Shown here in pieces: positions 25,333 to 38,683 of a DNA stretch of 64,000 bases. The position numbers were made by a program, and so were the translations under genes. This DNA is from Negaprion brevirostris (Eukaryota). Positions within the stretch are counted from its first letter, which is position 1; each line of letters opens with the position of its first letter. The stretch spans positions 83,492,325-83,556,324 of the forward strand of contig JARDVH010000193.1 of assembly GCA_030324005.1 (NCBI GenBank), written 5' to 3'. The notes below the pieces were generated by a model, which ran no database searches, was not told where the DNA came from, and saw only the letters and a program-made list of their open reading frames with translations.

Positions 25333-26835
25333 TAATTTTCCAAGCCTAGAAACAGGTGAGGTACCAGAGGATTTGAGGTTTGCAAACATTGTACCATTGT
25401 TTTAAAAGGATGTGAGGGATGACCAGAGAACCATAGGCTGGTCAGTCTGACTTCAGTGGTGGACAAATTATTGGAAACAATTCTGAGAGATAGGATAAAC
25501 TGTCAACTAGAAAGGCTTGGTTTGATCAGGGATAGTCAGCTGGATTTTGCTAAAGGAAGATCACATCTTACTAATTTAATACAATTTTTTGAGGAAGTAC
25601 AAGGAGGATTGATAAGGATAGTACTGTGGAATTTGTCGACATGGATTTCACTAAGGCAATTGTCAAGGTTCCACATGGCTGACTAGTTAGAAAAGTGAGA
25701 TTTCAGAGATTCCAAATTTGATTCAAATAAAGGGTAATTGTTGGTGGATGTTTTTGCCAATGGAAAACAGTTTCCAGTGGAGGTCCACTGAGCACTGGCT
25801 CAATCTTGTGGTCATTGCTGTTTGGTGTATAAATTAATAATTTAGACTTAAATGTGGAGGCATAATTGGGGAATTTGCAGATCACACAAAAATTGGCAGC
25901 ATAGTTGATAGCGAAGAGGCTAACTGTTGACTCTAGAATGATGTCAATAGCTTAGCTAAATGGGAAGAGTTGCAAATGGAATTCAATCTGGAAAAGTTTG
26001 CGGAGGGCAAACAAAGCAAAGCAATACTCAGTAAATGAGGAGATATTGAGCAGCATTAAGGAAGTGAGAAACCTTGGAGTGCATGTCCGCAGGTCATTGA
26101 AGTTGGCAGGACAGGTGGACAAGGTGGTCAATGAAGCATATGGAATGCTTTCTTTTATTGGGCATGGTATTGAATATAAAAGCAAGGGTATAATTATGGA
26201 ACATGCTGGTTAGCCACAGCTGAAATCTTGTATAAGTTCTGATCACAGGAGGACATAATTGCTCTGGAGAGCTTACCGAAGAAATTTACAAAGATGTTGC
26301 CAGGGCTTGAAACTTGCAGCTATGGGGAGAAATTGGATAGGCTAGGTTTGTTTTCCTTGGAACAGTGGAGGCTAAGAAATGACCAAATTAAGGTTATGAG
26401 GAGCCTGGATTGATAGACTGGCAAAACTTCTTTTCCCTAGCTGTGGGGTCATTATCAAGGGGAATAGATTTTAGGGGTTTCCACAGTAACTTCATTGCAA
26501 TGTTAATGTAAGCCTACTTGTTACACTAATAAATAAACTTCAAACATTTAAATGATTGGTAGAAGGATCAGAGGGGGTATTAGAAAACCTTTTTCATCAG
26601 AGGGTGCTGGGCATCCTAAATTCACTGCCTAAGTTGGTGGTTGGGGCCGAGATGCTTAACTTGTTTAAAAGATATCAGTAGATGCATCTGGAGTGCTGTA
26701 ACCTGCAAGATTATAGACTGGGTCTCAGAAAATGGAATTAAACTGAGCAGTTAATTTCTTTATTCTCTTTTTTGGCTAGTACAGCCACGATGTGCAGCAT
26801 GGCCTCTTTTTTCACCATGATTGTTCAATGGTTCT
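25333..26835 (+). mobile_element. CR1 LINE ORF2 (RT) to 3'UTR, decayed
   Basis: 'ANIVPLF', 'VSLTSVVDKLLETILRDRI', 'KGRSHLTNLIQFFEEV', 'LGVHVRRSLK'. Confidence 0.92.
26474..26545 (+). mobile_element. 5'-truncated SINE/LINE tail inserted in CR1
   Basis: CACAGTAACTTCATTGCAATGTTAATGTAAGCCTACTTG...CTAATAAATAAACTT, the same tail as the V-SINEs at 39914-40158 and 30298-30613. Confidence 0.75.
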
Positions 26836-28163
26836 CTGGTTTTGTAAATATATGTTGCATTAGTCTTTTGCCGAGTCTCATGGACTCAGTTGAAATTCAA
26901 TGTGAATGAATGTCCTGCATTCCTTTAAGGCTCCAAAATGTACCCAGCAATGAACTCCCATCTGGATCTTTAGTTGCATTAATTCTTGCACAACCACAAG
27001 ACAATGAGAGGTTTTATTTCCATATCTGTGACATCAGGAAAGGTGCATGGAAAGTGACACTGATGACTGACCAATGCAGCTGTCAGTCTTAAATCTCAGG
27101 CTGATATTATTTGGGCTCAGAGGAATTGATCTTCGAGGTTAGGAATTATCTGGCTGCTGTCGCACTTTGGCGGTGGCACAATTATTTGTCATGGCTAACA
27201 TTATAATAGTTTCTCCAATGTGCAGTTTGAAAATGCATTCGTTTTATGAGAGTGATTGGAAAAGACAGTATCAAATGTCCAGCTCCACAGGCTTCCATTT
27301 CACTTTGTAGGTAGTATTTGCTTCCATGTTTAAAGTTACATGTACAGTTCCGACTCTTCCTATGCATGATACTGAACTAGATAGTAAGAAAAATTACAAA
27401 GCAGATTTTGAGTGAGTTGCCAGAGATGTGTGATTATCTTAATGAAGCTGCCTCCTTACCTATAACGATCATATGTTGCCTCTGTGTAACTGCTTGGTGA
27501 TGAGTTATGTAATCCTTATGTGAAGGCACAGCCCATGACTTAATATGGATTCCTTGGCATGACAATGCACTCATTAACCTGTGGCACAGGTACTGAACCC
27601 CTTATCCGGCATCGCAAAATCCAGAAGGACCCAAAATCCGACAATTTTGAAATTAGCATACAAACCCTTTTATTCTTTAATTGATTCTCCTTATTATGTT
27701 ACTTTGCTATCTTTCTTTCAGGAGACATTTGACTCTATTCTTTTCTCTAGCTGTCTGCTTCTTAAGAAGCATTAATGACTGATGACTTTGTCAAAGACGT
27801 CCGGGAGTGTTATTTTTGTTGCAATCACGATGCCAGGAAAACACTGGGAGAATGCAAATGGCTGGCTCCTTGACTTCTTACCATCACTAGTTAGATTTCT
27901 CTGGGACAGCTGAGGAGCAGGAATAGGAGGCTTCAGGCCAGTGGCAGATATCCAATTCAACTTGTTATAGGGGTCATTCACTGTGATTTCATGCTGTGAT
28001 TCGAACACTGTAGGAGACGTATGGATCCAATGATGCTTCAAAGGCTCAATAACTGTAATAAAGTGAGTGCACAATGGGAGAAGGCTGCTGTTTGTAACTT
28101 TATTTATCATACTTTATGTTATTTTATTTTACGTACTATAACTATTTTATGTATTAAAATTAT

Positions 28164-28189
28164 TTCTCGGTCTTTTGACTAAGATCAAG
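28164..28189 (+). pseudogene. U2 snRNA 5' fragment
   Basis: TTCTCGGTCTTTTGACTAAGATCAAG matches U2 nt ~6-31 (TTCTCGGCCTTTTGGCTAAGATCAAG) at 24/26. No Sm site or 3' half follows. Confidence 0.75.
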
Positions 28190-28210
28190 CATCAGATCAA
28201 ACACAACTAC

Positions 28211-28333
28211 GCATAACCCTGTTGCCTAGTAGCCATTTTCCAGTTTGTCCTGGTAACTCAAATATTGATAATCATTGAACTGCTGTATAATGAAGGCATC
28301 ATGACTGCTGCCAGAATGCTGGGTGTTGGGATT
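28211..28333 (+). repeat. 123-bp near-identical copy of 30949-31071
   Basis: Direct comparison shows 3 substitutions in 123 bp. The copy abuts a 100-N gap. Confidence 0.9.
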
Positions 28334-28730
28334 NNNNNNNNNNNNNNNNNNNNNNNNNNNNNNNNNNNNNNNNNNNNNNNNNNNNNNNNNNNNNNNNNNN
28401 NNNNNNNNNNNNNNNNNNNNNNNNNNNNNNNNNGAGATGGTTTAAGGGTTTGCCCTGTCTACACAGTGCTTTGGCTTTGTAACTCTGAGAAAGGAATATG
28501 TTTTCTTAAAAAAAGCATTGTATGCATTATAAGTTCAAGACCCAGGATATGTCAAGTCCTTCAAATCTGACACATGTCTGGTCCCGAGTTTCCTTATACA
28601 GAGTTTAGTACTTATATATGGAAAGGATTGCCCTTTGTGATCTGGACCATGTTGAGGACTGTCACGCTCTGAAAGCAATACATTTGCAAATCTCCCAAGT
28701 CTTCTGCAGGATCTATGAAGGACAGATATT

Positions 28731-29586
28731 TGGCCCAATTTTACTATAGCACTCCGTCAGGCGTGAGACGAGTTGCGTGATCTGCGTCGGCTTCTGCGTC
28801 GGTTCCCCCTTTACCAAGTCCTGAAAATTTGGACTCGCTGATATTTTTGCTCGCATTTAAATTTGCTTAATGGGCTGCATGCCCAACTTTACCGGTGTTT
28901 CCTCCTTTACCACCACGTTTTCCCATCCAGAACTGATGCGAAACAGACATGCTCCATATAAATCCAATTCGGGCGTTACAGTTAGTAAGGAGGTAAGTGC
29001 CGAGCATTCGATAGCTCTCTGCTTGAGATTGATGGGAAGAGGGAAGGTGGGTCCAACAGCTCCCTGTTTGAGATTGGTAGGGGGAGGGAGGGGAGAGGGT
29101 TCTGCTGTTACTCTGCCTGAGATCAGCGGAGGAGAAGGCGAGCCTGCTGCCACTCTGCCTGATCAGTGAGGGGGAATGGGGAAGATTGAATCACTCTGCC
29201 TGAGATCAGTGGGGGAAGGAGAGAAGGTAATCAGCCAGGATAGTGAGGGGTGGGAGGGGATAAAGGGGTCAGTAATATTGTGAGGGTGAGGCAATTTCTG
29301 TGGGGCCAGGGGGAAGCATTATCCAGCCTGGGAGGGATATGGCAAGGGAGCAATATTCTATTTTTTTTTCTGCGCATGTGCTATTGGAGGTGCTGACCGG
29401 AGCTGCAGGGTTTCTGTTGCATTAAGACCCACTCACAGGCTTGTGCAGAGTGATTCGGACTTGCTGATATTTTTGCAGACAGAGTGGGTATGGGAAAGCC
29501 TGAGAACAGGTCTAAAAGTCAGATCTGAAACACTCCCTGTTTGAAGTTTGCCCAGTACTTAAAATCCAAATGGTGAAATAGGGTCC
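28731..29586. mobile_element. Family-M1 Harbinger-type MITE, inverted relative to 18347-19199
   Basis: TIR TGGCCCAATTTTAC / GTGAAATAGGGTCC. Exact TSD ATT. Interior is the reverse complement of 18347-19199. Confidence 0.9.
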
Positions 29587-30297
29587 ATTGTCGTTGGTTG
29601 CTGTCGTAATATTGAGTGGGCCATGTCTGTCACTAGTGCAAAGGTTGTCCAGGACAGAAACCTGTTAGGAAACCAATGATTGCAGAATCCTGAGTGTTTG
29701 TTACAACTCAAACATTGTCTGTGGAGAGGCGTTCTCTTTAAGGATAATGCACATAAATATCGCAGCTTTGGTTACATGACATAGAGTTGAAGATCACTGC
29801 ATTGAGATGTGCGTAGGGTGGAGGGGGTCAGTAACATGATGATTCCTCTGCATTATGCATTCATGAGAGCTGGCAATGGGTGCATTTGAATTCTCCAGAT
29901 GCTGCTCCCTCTTGAGACATCCAAGTGAAAACCATTGAAGAAAGTTTTGTATTTGGGCTGCCTTAGTAAGCCGGTGTCACACTGACACGTGAGCATCCAA
30001 GTATGAGCTAGCTTTTTAGCCACTTGAGAGCTGCCATGCACACTGACTTGGTGACGCCTGTTGAAGGGACTGTGCTGTGTAGAGTTGCTTAAGGATTTGC
30101 GCTAAGGGAGTGATAATCACATCCCACAGTGACCACATGTTCCACCTCATGGAGAAGATGGCAAATGTGAGCTACTACATTGCTAGATAAGCAAAGGCAT
30201 GTGCAGTACTATCTTTTGCTCATGTCCATATGTGAGCTGTGCCTTCTATAGACCCTTGGTCATGCTAGATGTCTTCAGGGATTTTTCCTCTCAGCAG

Positions 30298-30613
30298 TAA
30301 AGTTTATTAAGTAAAATTTATGTATTAGTCACAAGTAGGTTTCCACTAATACTGCAGCGAAGCAACTGTGAAAATTCTCTAGTCTCCACACCCCAGCGCC
30401 CATTCAGGTGCACTGAGGGAGGATTTAGCATCGTTAATTCACCTTACCTGCACATCTTTGACTGCAGGAGGAAACCGGAGAACCGGGAGGAAACCACACA
30501 GATACAGGTAGGACATGCAGACTCCATACAGAAAGTGACCCAAGCAAGGAATTGAACCCGGGTCCCTGGCCCTGTGGGGTAGCAGTTCTAAACACTATGC
30601 CACCGAGCCACCC
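30298..30613 (-). mobile_element. V-SINE with alternative (TAATAAATAAACTT-type) tail
   Basis: Reverse-complemented tRNA head and V-domain. Tail ATTAGTCACAAGTAGG...GCAGCGAAGCAACTGTGAAA. Confidence 0.85.
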
Positions 30614-30649
30614 TTATCTGGCACCTCCACTGGTTCTTGCTCCTCAGGC

Positions 30650-31175
30650 CAATGGTCTTCCCAGAGTGGTACCAATCGGTGATGAGCTCTTTTCCTCATT
30701 CCAATTATAGCTATCAACAAGGCAGCATTGACTGCAGCCTTCATTTCCCATGCCTCCTTGTATCTGTGAGTGGATACAATTCAGCAATCAAAGCCAATTT
30801 CCCGTGAATGATCTTCCTCCATTTTCAAGCCAGGGATCCAGTCTCAGACACTTGACCTGCCCTCAGTCTGTGAATAGCATCCCTAGGCACCCCTTGCTGG
30901 CTAATAATATCCTGGAGGTGCACTGGCATTGTGAGTCATATAGTCTGTGCATAACCCCGTTGCCCAGTAGCCATTTTCCAGTTTGTCCTGGTAGCTCAAA
31001 TATTGATAATCATTGAACTGCTGTATAATGAAGGCATCATGACTGCTGCCAGAATGCTGGGTGTTGGGATTGTTATATGTGCTGAGTATGACTGCACAGC
31101 AGTAGTACATCTCTGACTTTTCAAAGCTATGTGTGTGCAGTCCATGGGGAAGCCAGGTATTCTGGTTCAGTCAAT
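30650..31175 (-). mobile_element. PIF/Harbinger transposase (HARBI1-like DDE) remnant
   Basis: Minus strand 'GSSHDAFII' followed, after a frameshift, by 'KWLLGN' and GY. These correspond to the Harbinger motifs PGS.HDAFIL and WLLGD.GYP. Confidence 0.7.
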
Positions 31176-31919
31176 AGCCAGTATATTGTAAATGCAGAAT
31201 GGAAAATCAGATATCAAATTGTTTAGCTATTCCCGATTACAGAGTTTGAATTAGAATGTAAGATTTATTAAGGTCAGGATAAAGTTGTTACTTTAATCCA
31301 TCCAACTTCCCAGCATATTCTTAAATCAGTTCTCTTTTCATAAGTATAATTTCCTCTTGAGCTCATTGACACAGCCTGCTAATAAAGTCTTCCTCAGCAA
31401 TTGATTCTATAACTCTATTTTCCTTTCAATGAAAAATAAATGCTGCCTTTGTTTCTTTCATTAATGTTTGATTTCTAATATTTTGTTACTAGACCTGTCA
31501 TATCCTGTTCTGTCCAGAACCCAAAATGGACAGAATTTTTTTGTCCACTGATTCAGATGTGCCACATGTAGTTTCTAATTTTAAGTTGCACCAATCAGCA
31601 GAGTGCTTTTTGCATTCTGTTATTTGAATATCAAAATGACTGGGTAGCCACCCCTGGAAGTGAATTATCCAAATCAAAGCTGCCAGAATCTAGTGTCTCC
31701 TACTGCATGAATGTTTTGCAATGCAATTTATCAATTCAATTAAAAAAACTTTAAGTTTTTTTAGATTATCTTTCAATCCCTTCTTTCTCAAAGAAAACAA
31801 GCTTAGTTATAAATTGCTCAAAGCATGAAGGAACTGCAGTAGAGATACAGTCAATTTTGGGATCAGTCCTTTTCTCTCACTGTAATAGTTATACCTGTGA
31901 TCTCTTTAAGAGTATCTGT

Positions 31920-32250
31920 TATGGTTTCAGATCCAGCCCAGACGATAAGAACCTTTGCTTCCTACGTGAAGAAAGATTATAGGAGAAATGCATCAAAGCA
32001 TCCAAAAATAACTTCCAGCAAATTTAGCACTAGTTAATCTTAAATTGGCAATCTCACCCAGAAAGCTAATATATGGTTGGTCAAAACACAAAATATCACA
32101 CATTTGAGGCACTATGAGGTGGAGCAGAATGCAGGAAGGTTTACACTGCATTTAACCTGTGCTATACTTGTCCTGGACTTGCTTGATGGGATAATCTGGA
32201 GGAGGTATCATCAGCATTTAATGTGTACAATGTTTGATCTAGAGCATGTA
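31920..32250 (+). mobile_element. Ancient SINE remnant, possibly LF-SINE-related
   Basis: GGTTTCAGATCCAGCCCAG head-like segment and TTTACACTGCATTTAACCTGTGCTATACTTG...TTGATGGGA segment, with a similar piece near 34430-34500. Family assignment is from memory only. Confidence 0.3.
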
Positions 32251-32534
32251 ATGCTGCCTTTAGGGGGATAATTTGAATTAAAGCCTTGCTTGGAGGAGGC
32301 GCTTAGTGGAAATTCACAAATGCTGCAACATCCTCCCACCACAATGACTTTTTTTTGACTCACTCTGCCTGTCAGTTCTTAACATTGCAGCTGTAGATGC
32401 CAGCATACTCCATCAAAGAGCGAAACAAATTTGCATCAAAAGGATTGATAGCTGTGCTAAAATTTGCAGAGATAAATCTGTAGCTTATCTTATCTTACAA
32501 GTTCTTCAATCCTACTTCACTGTTTGTTTTTACA

Positions 32535-33390
32535 GAATCACAGAATTGAAGCAAGTTATTCAGTCTGTCATGTCAATGTCAGCTCTCCACTGGAGCCTGT
32601 AACTATGCCACTCCCCCAACTTCTCCCCATAACCCTGGACATTCTGCCTTTTCAGATAAAAGTCGAATTGTCTCTTGAATGCCTCAAGTGAATCTACCTC
32701 CACCACACACTCACATTTCAGATACTTGCCACTTGCTGTGTGAAAAAAGTATTTCCTTAGGTGGCTGCTTTTGCTTACTTACCTTCATGGCCCTGTTTTT
32801 TTTTATTCTTCTACCAATGGGAACAATAATTCCTGATCTACTTTGTCCAAGTCCCTCATAATTTGAATACTTCTATCAAATTTGCTCTAAAACATTCCTT
32901 CTCCAAGGAAATGGTCCCAACTTCTCCAGTCTATCTCCGCAGCTGAAGTTCCTCACCGCTGCCATTATTCCCATGAATCTTCTATACGCTCTCTCTAATG
33001 CTTCACATATTTCCTAACCTGTGGCATGCAGATGCAATACTATTGTCGAGGCTGAACCATTGTTCTAAAACAGTTTAACATAATGTCCTTGCCTTTATGC
33101 CTCGATTAATAACATCAAGGATGCTGTATTAACCATACTCTCACCCTGTCCAACCATCTTCAAAGATTTGTGCACACCTAGATCCCCCTGCTCCTGCAAT
33201 CCTTTAGAATTGCATCTTTCATTCTACATTGCCTCTCTGTTTTCTTCCTACCAATGTGTGTCACTCCACAGTTCTCTGCATTAAATTTCACCTGCCATTT
33301 GCCTGAGCATTCCACCAACCTGTACATGTCCTTTTGAAGTTCTACATTGTTCTCACAGTTCACTAGATTTCCAGGATTTGGGTCATTTCT
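32535..33390 (-). mobile_element. CR1 LINE 3' fragment, old
   Basis: Minus ORF 'LQKDMYRLVECSGKWQVKFNAENCGVTHIGRK'. (ACAGAATC)n tail. Confidence 0.85.
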
Positions 33391-34299
33391 TTCAAACCTT
33401 GTGCATTTAAGATACTAATGCCACAGTCAGTAACTGCATTGGTCATGAATTTCAGAGAAATAAGTTCAAATCTGGCTCAGATTGATTGGATGAAAGATTC
33501 ATCTTTTTTCCTTGCTGTAAGTATTCTATCTGAAATTAGTTTTGAGTAATTAATTGGGCAAGTCAGAAGTTTGGCCCAAACTTATCAGGAATGATCAATC
33601 TCAATGAAAGACCAAAAGAATAGTTGCTATTTTGTGATTGTTTTGGAGTACATAGCAGGGAAAGAATTGAGAGAAGTTTATTGATGAACTAATTGAAGTT
33701 ACACCTGATCCATGAGTGTTAAATGGGAAGGAATTTGCAGTTGTAATGATGGTGAAAGTGTCAGCATTCACCATCATTACAACTATGGAACTTCCAGCAA
33801 CTTCTGGCATCCTCAGATGTTGCTGGGAGTGACTTCTTGCACTCCACGGATGACAATCTTTAGAAATTAGTTATACAGATGTGAACTTAGCATTTTATGC
33901 TGTAATGCCTCTGTTTGTAAAATACCCAAATGAATTAGACCTTGTTGAATGAGGCACAATGGTGTACTAAGTCATAACAACTGCCAAAATCTTCTCTGAT
34001 TCTGAAAAGCTAATTCTTTATTTGTGATATGTCAGATTTCTTCATGGTGATAAAAATTTCATAGAATGACAATTATTTATTTTCCAGAAGTTTGTTTATG
34101 ATAGTTTAGCTGCTGTTACTTTCATGTGTATGTTCACCTGCTCAAATGTCTGGAGAGAATATAAATGGAATCTCTACTAGGCACTTCAGAACACCATATA
34201 TTACTGTAAAGAATGGCTTCTTTCCTACAAGCAACTGCTGGCGAGGGAACTAATTGGTCACTACTTATATACATTCTTATCATGCCCAAAGTCAATGTC

Positions 34300-34428
34300 A
34301 TAACACTCAAGGTTATAGGCCAAGTGCTGGAAAATGGGATTATTGTGGATTTACCATAGTTTTGTTGGTGTAGACTGGATGGGCTGAAGGGCCTCTTCTG
34401 TACTGTATCACTCTATGACTCTATGATT
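34300..34428 (+). mobile_element. CR1 3' terminus
   Basis: GATGGGCTGAAGGGCCTCTTCTGTACTGTAT followed by (CTCTATGA)n. Confidence 0.8.
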
Positions 34429-34751
34429 TATGCTGTGCTGTATTTGACCTGCAAAAACTGCCTGATGGGATAATGTAAAGGCACTTTACTTTGCATCAAA
34501 GTTTGGTAAAAATACTGGATGCAAAAGTCAAACAATTTTCATTCATGTCAGTTAACTTGAATTGATTGACAGGGTGATTGCAAAGTAAAATATGTTGTAA
34601 GTACTGTAATTACTAGTTATATCATGTCAGCAAGATGGTTGACATTCTTATTACTGACTCTGTCAGTGTGTGATAGCAGACATCACATTGAAGAGGCAGG
34701 CTGATGAGGTTAAAGAGTAGGGCTGTGTAAAGGAGATATCACTGAGCCAAG

Positions 34752-35075
34752 AGGAGGTGATGTCAGATTGTCACTTGGCCAATAATCCAGAGACCAGGAG
34801 GAAAGCTCCAAGGACCTAGGTTTGAATCCCATCATAGCGGTTGGCGAAATTTGTATTCATTGAAAATAATCTGGAATTTAAATGTCTAATGATTACCATG
34901 AAATCATAGTTGTTTGCTGTAAAATTATTAGGTTCACTAAAGTCCTTTAGGGAAGGAAATCTGTCATCCTTACCTTACCTACTTGCAACTCCACACCCAC
35001 AAACTCTTAAATGCCCAGCAAGCATTCAGCCAACAAATGACGCCCACATCCCATGAAAGAATATTTAAAAAAAAA
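34752..35075 (+). mobile_element. SINE-B
   Basis: AATCCAGAGACC...GGTTTGAATCCCA head, CCTTTAGGGAAGGAAATCTG body, GACGCCCACATCCCATGAA tail and poly(A). Confidence 0.8.
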
Positions 35076-35724
35076 TCCTGGGACAACTGATACCAGGATG
35101 GATAGGGCTAAATGAGCACATTGTAAAGCTTGCAATGAGAGGTAAAGTAAAGCAGTTCCCAGGAATAGAACTCAGTGAAAAGTAGGAAGACTAGCAGACC
35201 CCTGGTATTGGTAAATATGTAAAGAAAGGTAATCCTTTTCCAAATGGTTAAATGTTTTAAACTGTCTGTAGATTTTTGAAATCTTGGGAAGAATTTCAAG
35301 CAAAAGAAATCAGATTCAATTTATATTGTCCTAGCAAGTACATGCAGGTCAGATATAAAAAAGAGTAAGTAATGTAACGTACCTTGTTTTAGGCACCCCC
35401 AGGCCAGGTAGACCACAGATTAGGTGAATAATATGTCTCAGCTAGGTGCCTTAGCCCTAGTACAGGGATGAATTGTTTTGCTTTTTGATTTCTGCACACA
35501 TTCCCACTGAATCAATCTCATGGAAGGCTTTGAATCATTAATAACTTAAAAGGTAGAAGAATCTTAGTTTTCTATTGTTGTACATCTGTAGCCAGATCAA
35601 TCTTCAAGATGATTTTTAAGATGAATTGTCATTTTTATAATGTTAACACATCAGAGCACACACAGACCAAGGAAAGGTAACTCGGAACATAACTTTCTAG
35701 GGAGTTTCATTATTTTCCAGTGGA

Positions 35725-36740
35725 TAGGTACAGAAAATTTGGAGTGAAGTCTAAAGTCTGAATTCCACTGGCAGGAAATCAAGTTAGATGCTGGAATTCT
35801 ACTGCCCAGGTTGCCACGGAATTGGAGCAGGGTGAGGAGTGAACAATGGAAATGTCTGTTGACCTCAGGCAGGAATTTCTGGTTTTGCTCAAACAAGGCC
35901 ATAAAATCCTACTCGAAACTTCCTCTCAACATTTTCATGGCAGGTTGACGGTGGGTCGGCTTTCCCACCAATCCATGTCGGGAATTCCATTTGCGTGCAT
36001 TAGCATTCCCTGGATATTCATTAAATATGCAACTTGCCTAAATCACATTCTTCCTTCCAACTACATACAATGCCACTGGAGAGTTAACTGGTCTGAATCA
36101 AGACCGGATATAAGTGATGTGCAGCTGTTCACCTCACTCAATTCTTCAATGAAACTGAGACCAATTGTGATGAGCAGTAAGTCTGTTTGTTTTGTTTCCA
36201 TCCTTCCGATGAGCCATCCACCAGAGCCAGCCAAAAAGCTTTTGACGCTCTTTTGACAATAGAGTGTGACACCCATGGCACATCCTCTCTTAGCACCGAG
36301 TACCAGCACGTCAGAGAGCATAACCATTTTAGGAGAGTTGGTACATCATGCTTGCTGGTGCAGAAGGTGGAGGCAGGGAAGGCCCAGTACTCCGGCAGTT
36401 GGAGGACTGCTGGAGACAACAGTCAAGCTGAACCAAAGGAAGATGAAGAGCCTCTGGAGTCACCCATAAAGTGGCAAATGAATGGAGACATCTAGTGGTG
36501 ATTCCTGAGGGTTTGGGTATCATGATATCTGTCATGGAAGAGCTGTAGGCAGCATGAATGCTGAGTGGAACCTTAGATCTGAGCGCACAGTCTCATCCAT
36601 TGAGAGAGTGGTGACTCTCATGGAAAGAGTCCAGGATCAGTTTTGCCCCTTACTGGGGTTGCGCACAGACCTGAAAGCCCTCACACGAGCACTGAACTCA
36701 GGAGTGTACCGCCTGTGTGACGGAGAAGGATGTGGTACCA
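35725..36740. mobile_element. Probable Harbinger-family non-autonomous element
   Basis: MITE-like start (GGAAATGTCTGTTGACCTCAGGCAGGAATTTC, compare 60875-61000) and similarity to 22980-23370. Confidence 0.3.
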
Positions 36741-36744
36741 ATCC

Positions 36745-36910
36745 CACAATGATGTGCGGGTTTGGTTGATTGGCCATATTAAATTGACCCTAGCCTAATG
36801 TTGGGTGGATTAGCAGGATAAATATGTGGGGTTATGGGAATAGGGCCTGGGTGGGATTGTGGTTCGTGCAGACTTGTTGGCCTGAATGGCCTATAAGGAT
36901 TCTATGATCT
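36745..36910 (+). mobile_element. 5'-truncated HE1 SINE
   Basis: GATGTGCGGG...TTGATTGGCCAT..TAAATTGACCCTAG...GGATTCTATGAT. Confidence 0.85.
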
Positions 36911-38334
36911 AGCATGGATCAGTGAGTGACATTTATGAGATGTCTGGAGTGAATACAAGTTGCTATCCTCCAACCATCCTAAGTCCCAGCCAAAGACTGA
37001 AAATGCCACTGAGGAGGTTGACATGCCCATCCTCTTTGAGATGTCTGGCAAGGTGATTTATCACCTTGTTTTGAAATCACAGTTCTTTGAAGTAAGAAAT
37101 CCTTGCAAAGGGAATGTGTCCACCACACAAATTTTTATCCCCAGCGTTTTGATCCATTGTCAGTTCATTTTAGTGCTTGTGTGATAATTGAAAGTTTGCA
37201 ATGCTTATTTATTTTCTAAGATGCCCTGCAGCAGTTGATCATCTTTAATTTATATGTATCTGGGACAGAATACCAATGCAAGAATTGTCAGATCTTGCAC
37301 CAGTCCATCATTTTCTGTTTTTATTTCAGGTTCCGTTCCCAGTATTCACTGTTATTTTTCCTTTTTAATCTTCACTGTTCTATTTGTTCTGGAGAGGCAC
37401 AGAGCTACTTCAGATTTCATTGTAAAATTGATTCAGAGCCAAAGAATCTGCAAGTGTATAGACATGAATTTTGAACTAGCAGAATACGAAGTTGATTTGC
37501 AAGCCATTCACTTAAGTGGAGATTTCCTTTTAGATGAGTTAATACCTTGGTTATCACACTGTGTTTATATCTGAGAGTGATAACAGAGTAGCATTGTGAT
37601 TACATCCAGTGAAGTATTGGATCCATAAAATAAATTTTAAAAAGCAAGCTTTAGATTCACTGACCAAGTGAATCTGCCTTTGACCAAGGTCAGGATAATA
37701 TAAGCTGATGTCATTATTTATGTAGCCATGAATCTTTTTGATGACATGACTTACCTGTTCTGACAGTAGGAGGGTCTGGGGTAGAGACAATCCAAGGTTA
37801 CTAGGATTATTTAGATCATCAAGCAAACATTAGTCAGTTAGATTGAGGTGATTTGCATTACAAATATCTCTCCAGAGACGGCCTCCCGTTGGCTCAGTTG
37901 GTAAATAGGGAAAAAAACTGTAGATGCTTCAAATGTAAAACAAGAACAGAAAATATATTTGGAGAGTTGGGGTATATAAATAATTCAGGCTTGGATGCTT
38001 CATCAGAGCAGGACAAAGAGTCCACACCTTTCAACTTTCCCCACAAGGGTCACAAAATGGGGAGGTGACCCAATGCTTATGGTACAAAGCACAAACTGTT
38101 TTGAGCCACATACCTCACTGCTATAGCTGTTTGCATCTACAAATTAAAGAATTGCTTCTGCTGCTGGAAGGTCATCAACTCGGTGAAGGACGCACTTTGG
38201 TCCGCACGAAACTTGCTGATCTTCCAGTTGAAAGNNNNNNNNNNNNNNNNNNNNNNNNNNNNNNNNNNNNNNNNNNNNNNNNNNNNNNNNNNNNNNNNNN
38301 NNNNNNNNNNNNNNNNNNNNNNNNNNNNNNNNNN

Positions 38335-38553
38335 GCAGGCAGGGATAGCAGAGTTCCTTCCCTAAAGGACATTAATGAACCAGATGGGTTCTTATGACAT
38401 TTGATAAGTGGTTTCATGGTCATCATTAGACTTCTAATTTCAGATTTTTATCGAATTCTGCCACGGTGAGATTTGAACCCGGGTCCCCAGAGCATTACCT
38501 TGGGTTTCTGGATTGCTAGTCCAGGGATAATTTCACTCTGCCACTGCCTCCCC
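38335..38553 (-). mobile_element. SINE-B
   Basis: TTCCTTCCCTAAAGGACATT...GATTTGAACCCGGGTCCCCAGAGCATTACC...GCCACTGCCTCCC. Confidence 0.85.
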
Positions 38554-38683
38554 AGTTGTAAGCCAGATGGGAGATAAAAATCAACTTTGCCACGGGAAGA
38601 CAAATCTGGACAGGAAGCAAAAATGGGCCGACTTCCTGCTGTCCACAGTGTCTGTGGCCGAATGACTTGCGTGCTGTAACTTT

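Noticed and set aside
27731-27880. Strong-looking acceptor (TTCTTTTCTCTAG at 27750) suggesting a coding exon
   Set aside because: All three frames hit stops within about 35 nt and no convincing donor follows.
28164-28189. Functional U2 snRNA gene (also 40893-41006)
   Set aside because: Only 5' fragments are present, with no Sm site, 3' stem-loops or recognisable PSE.
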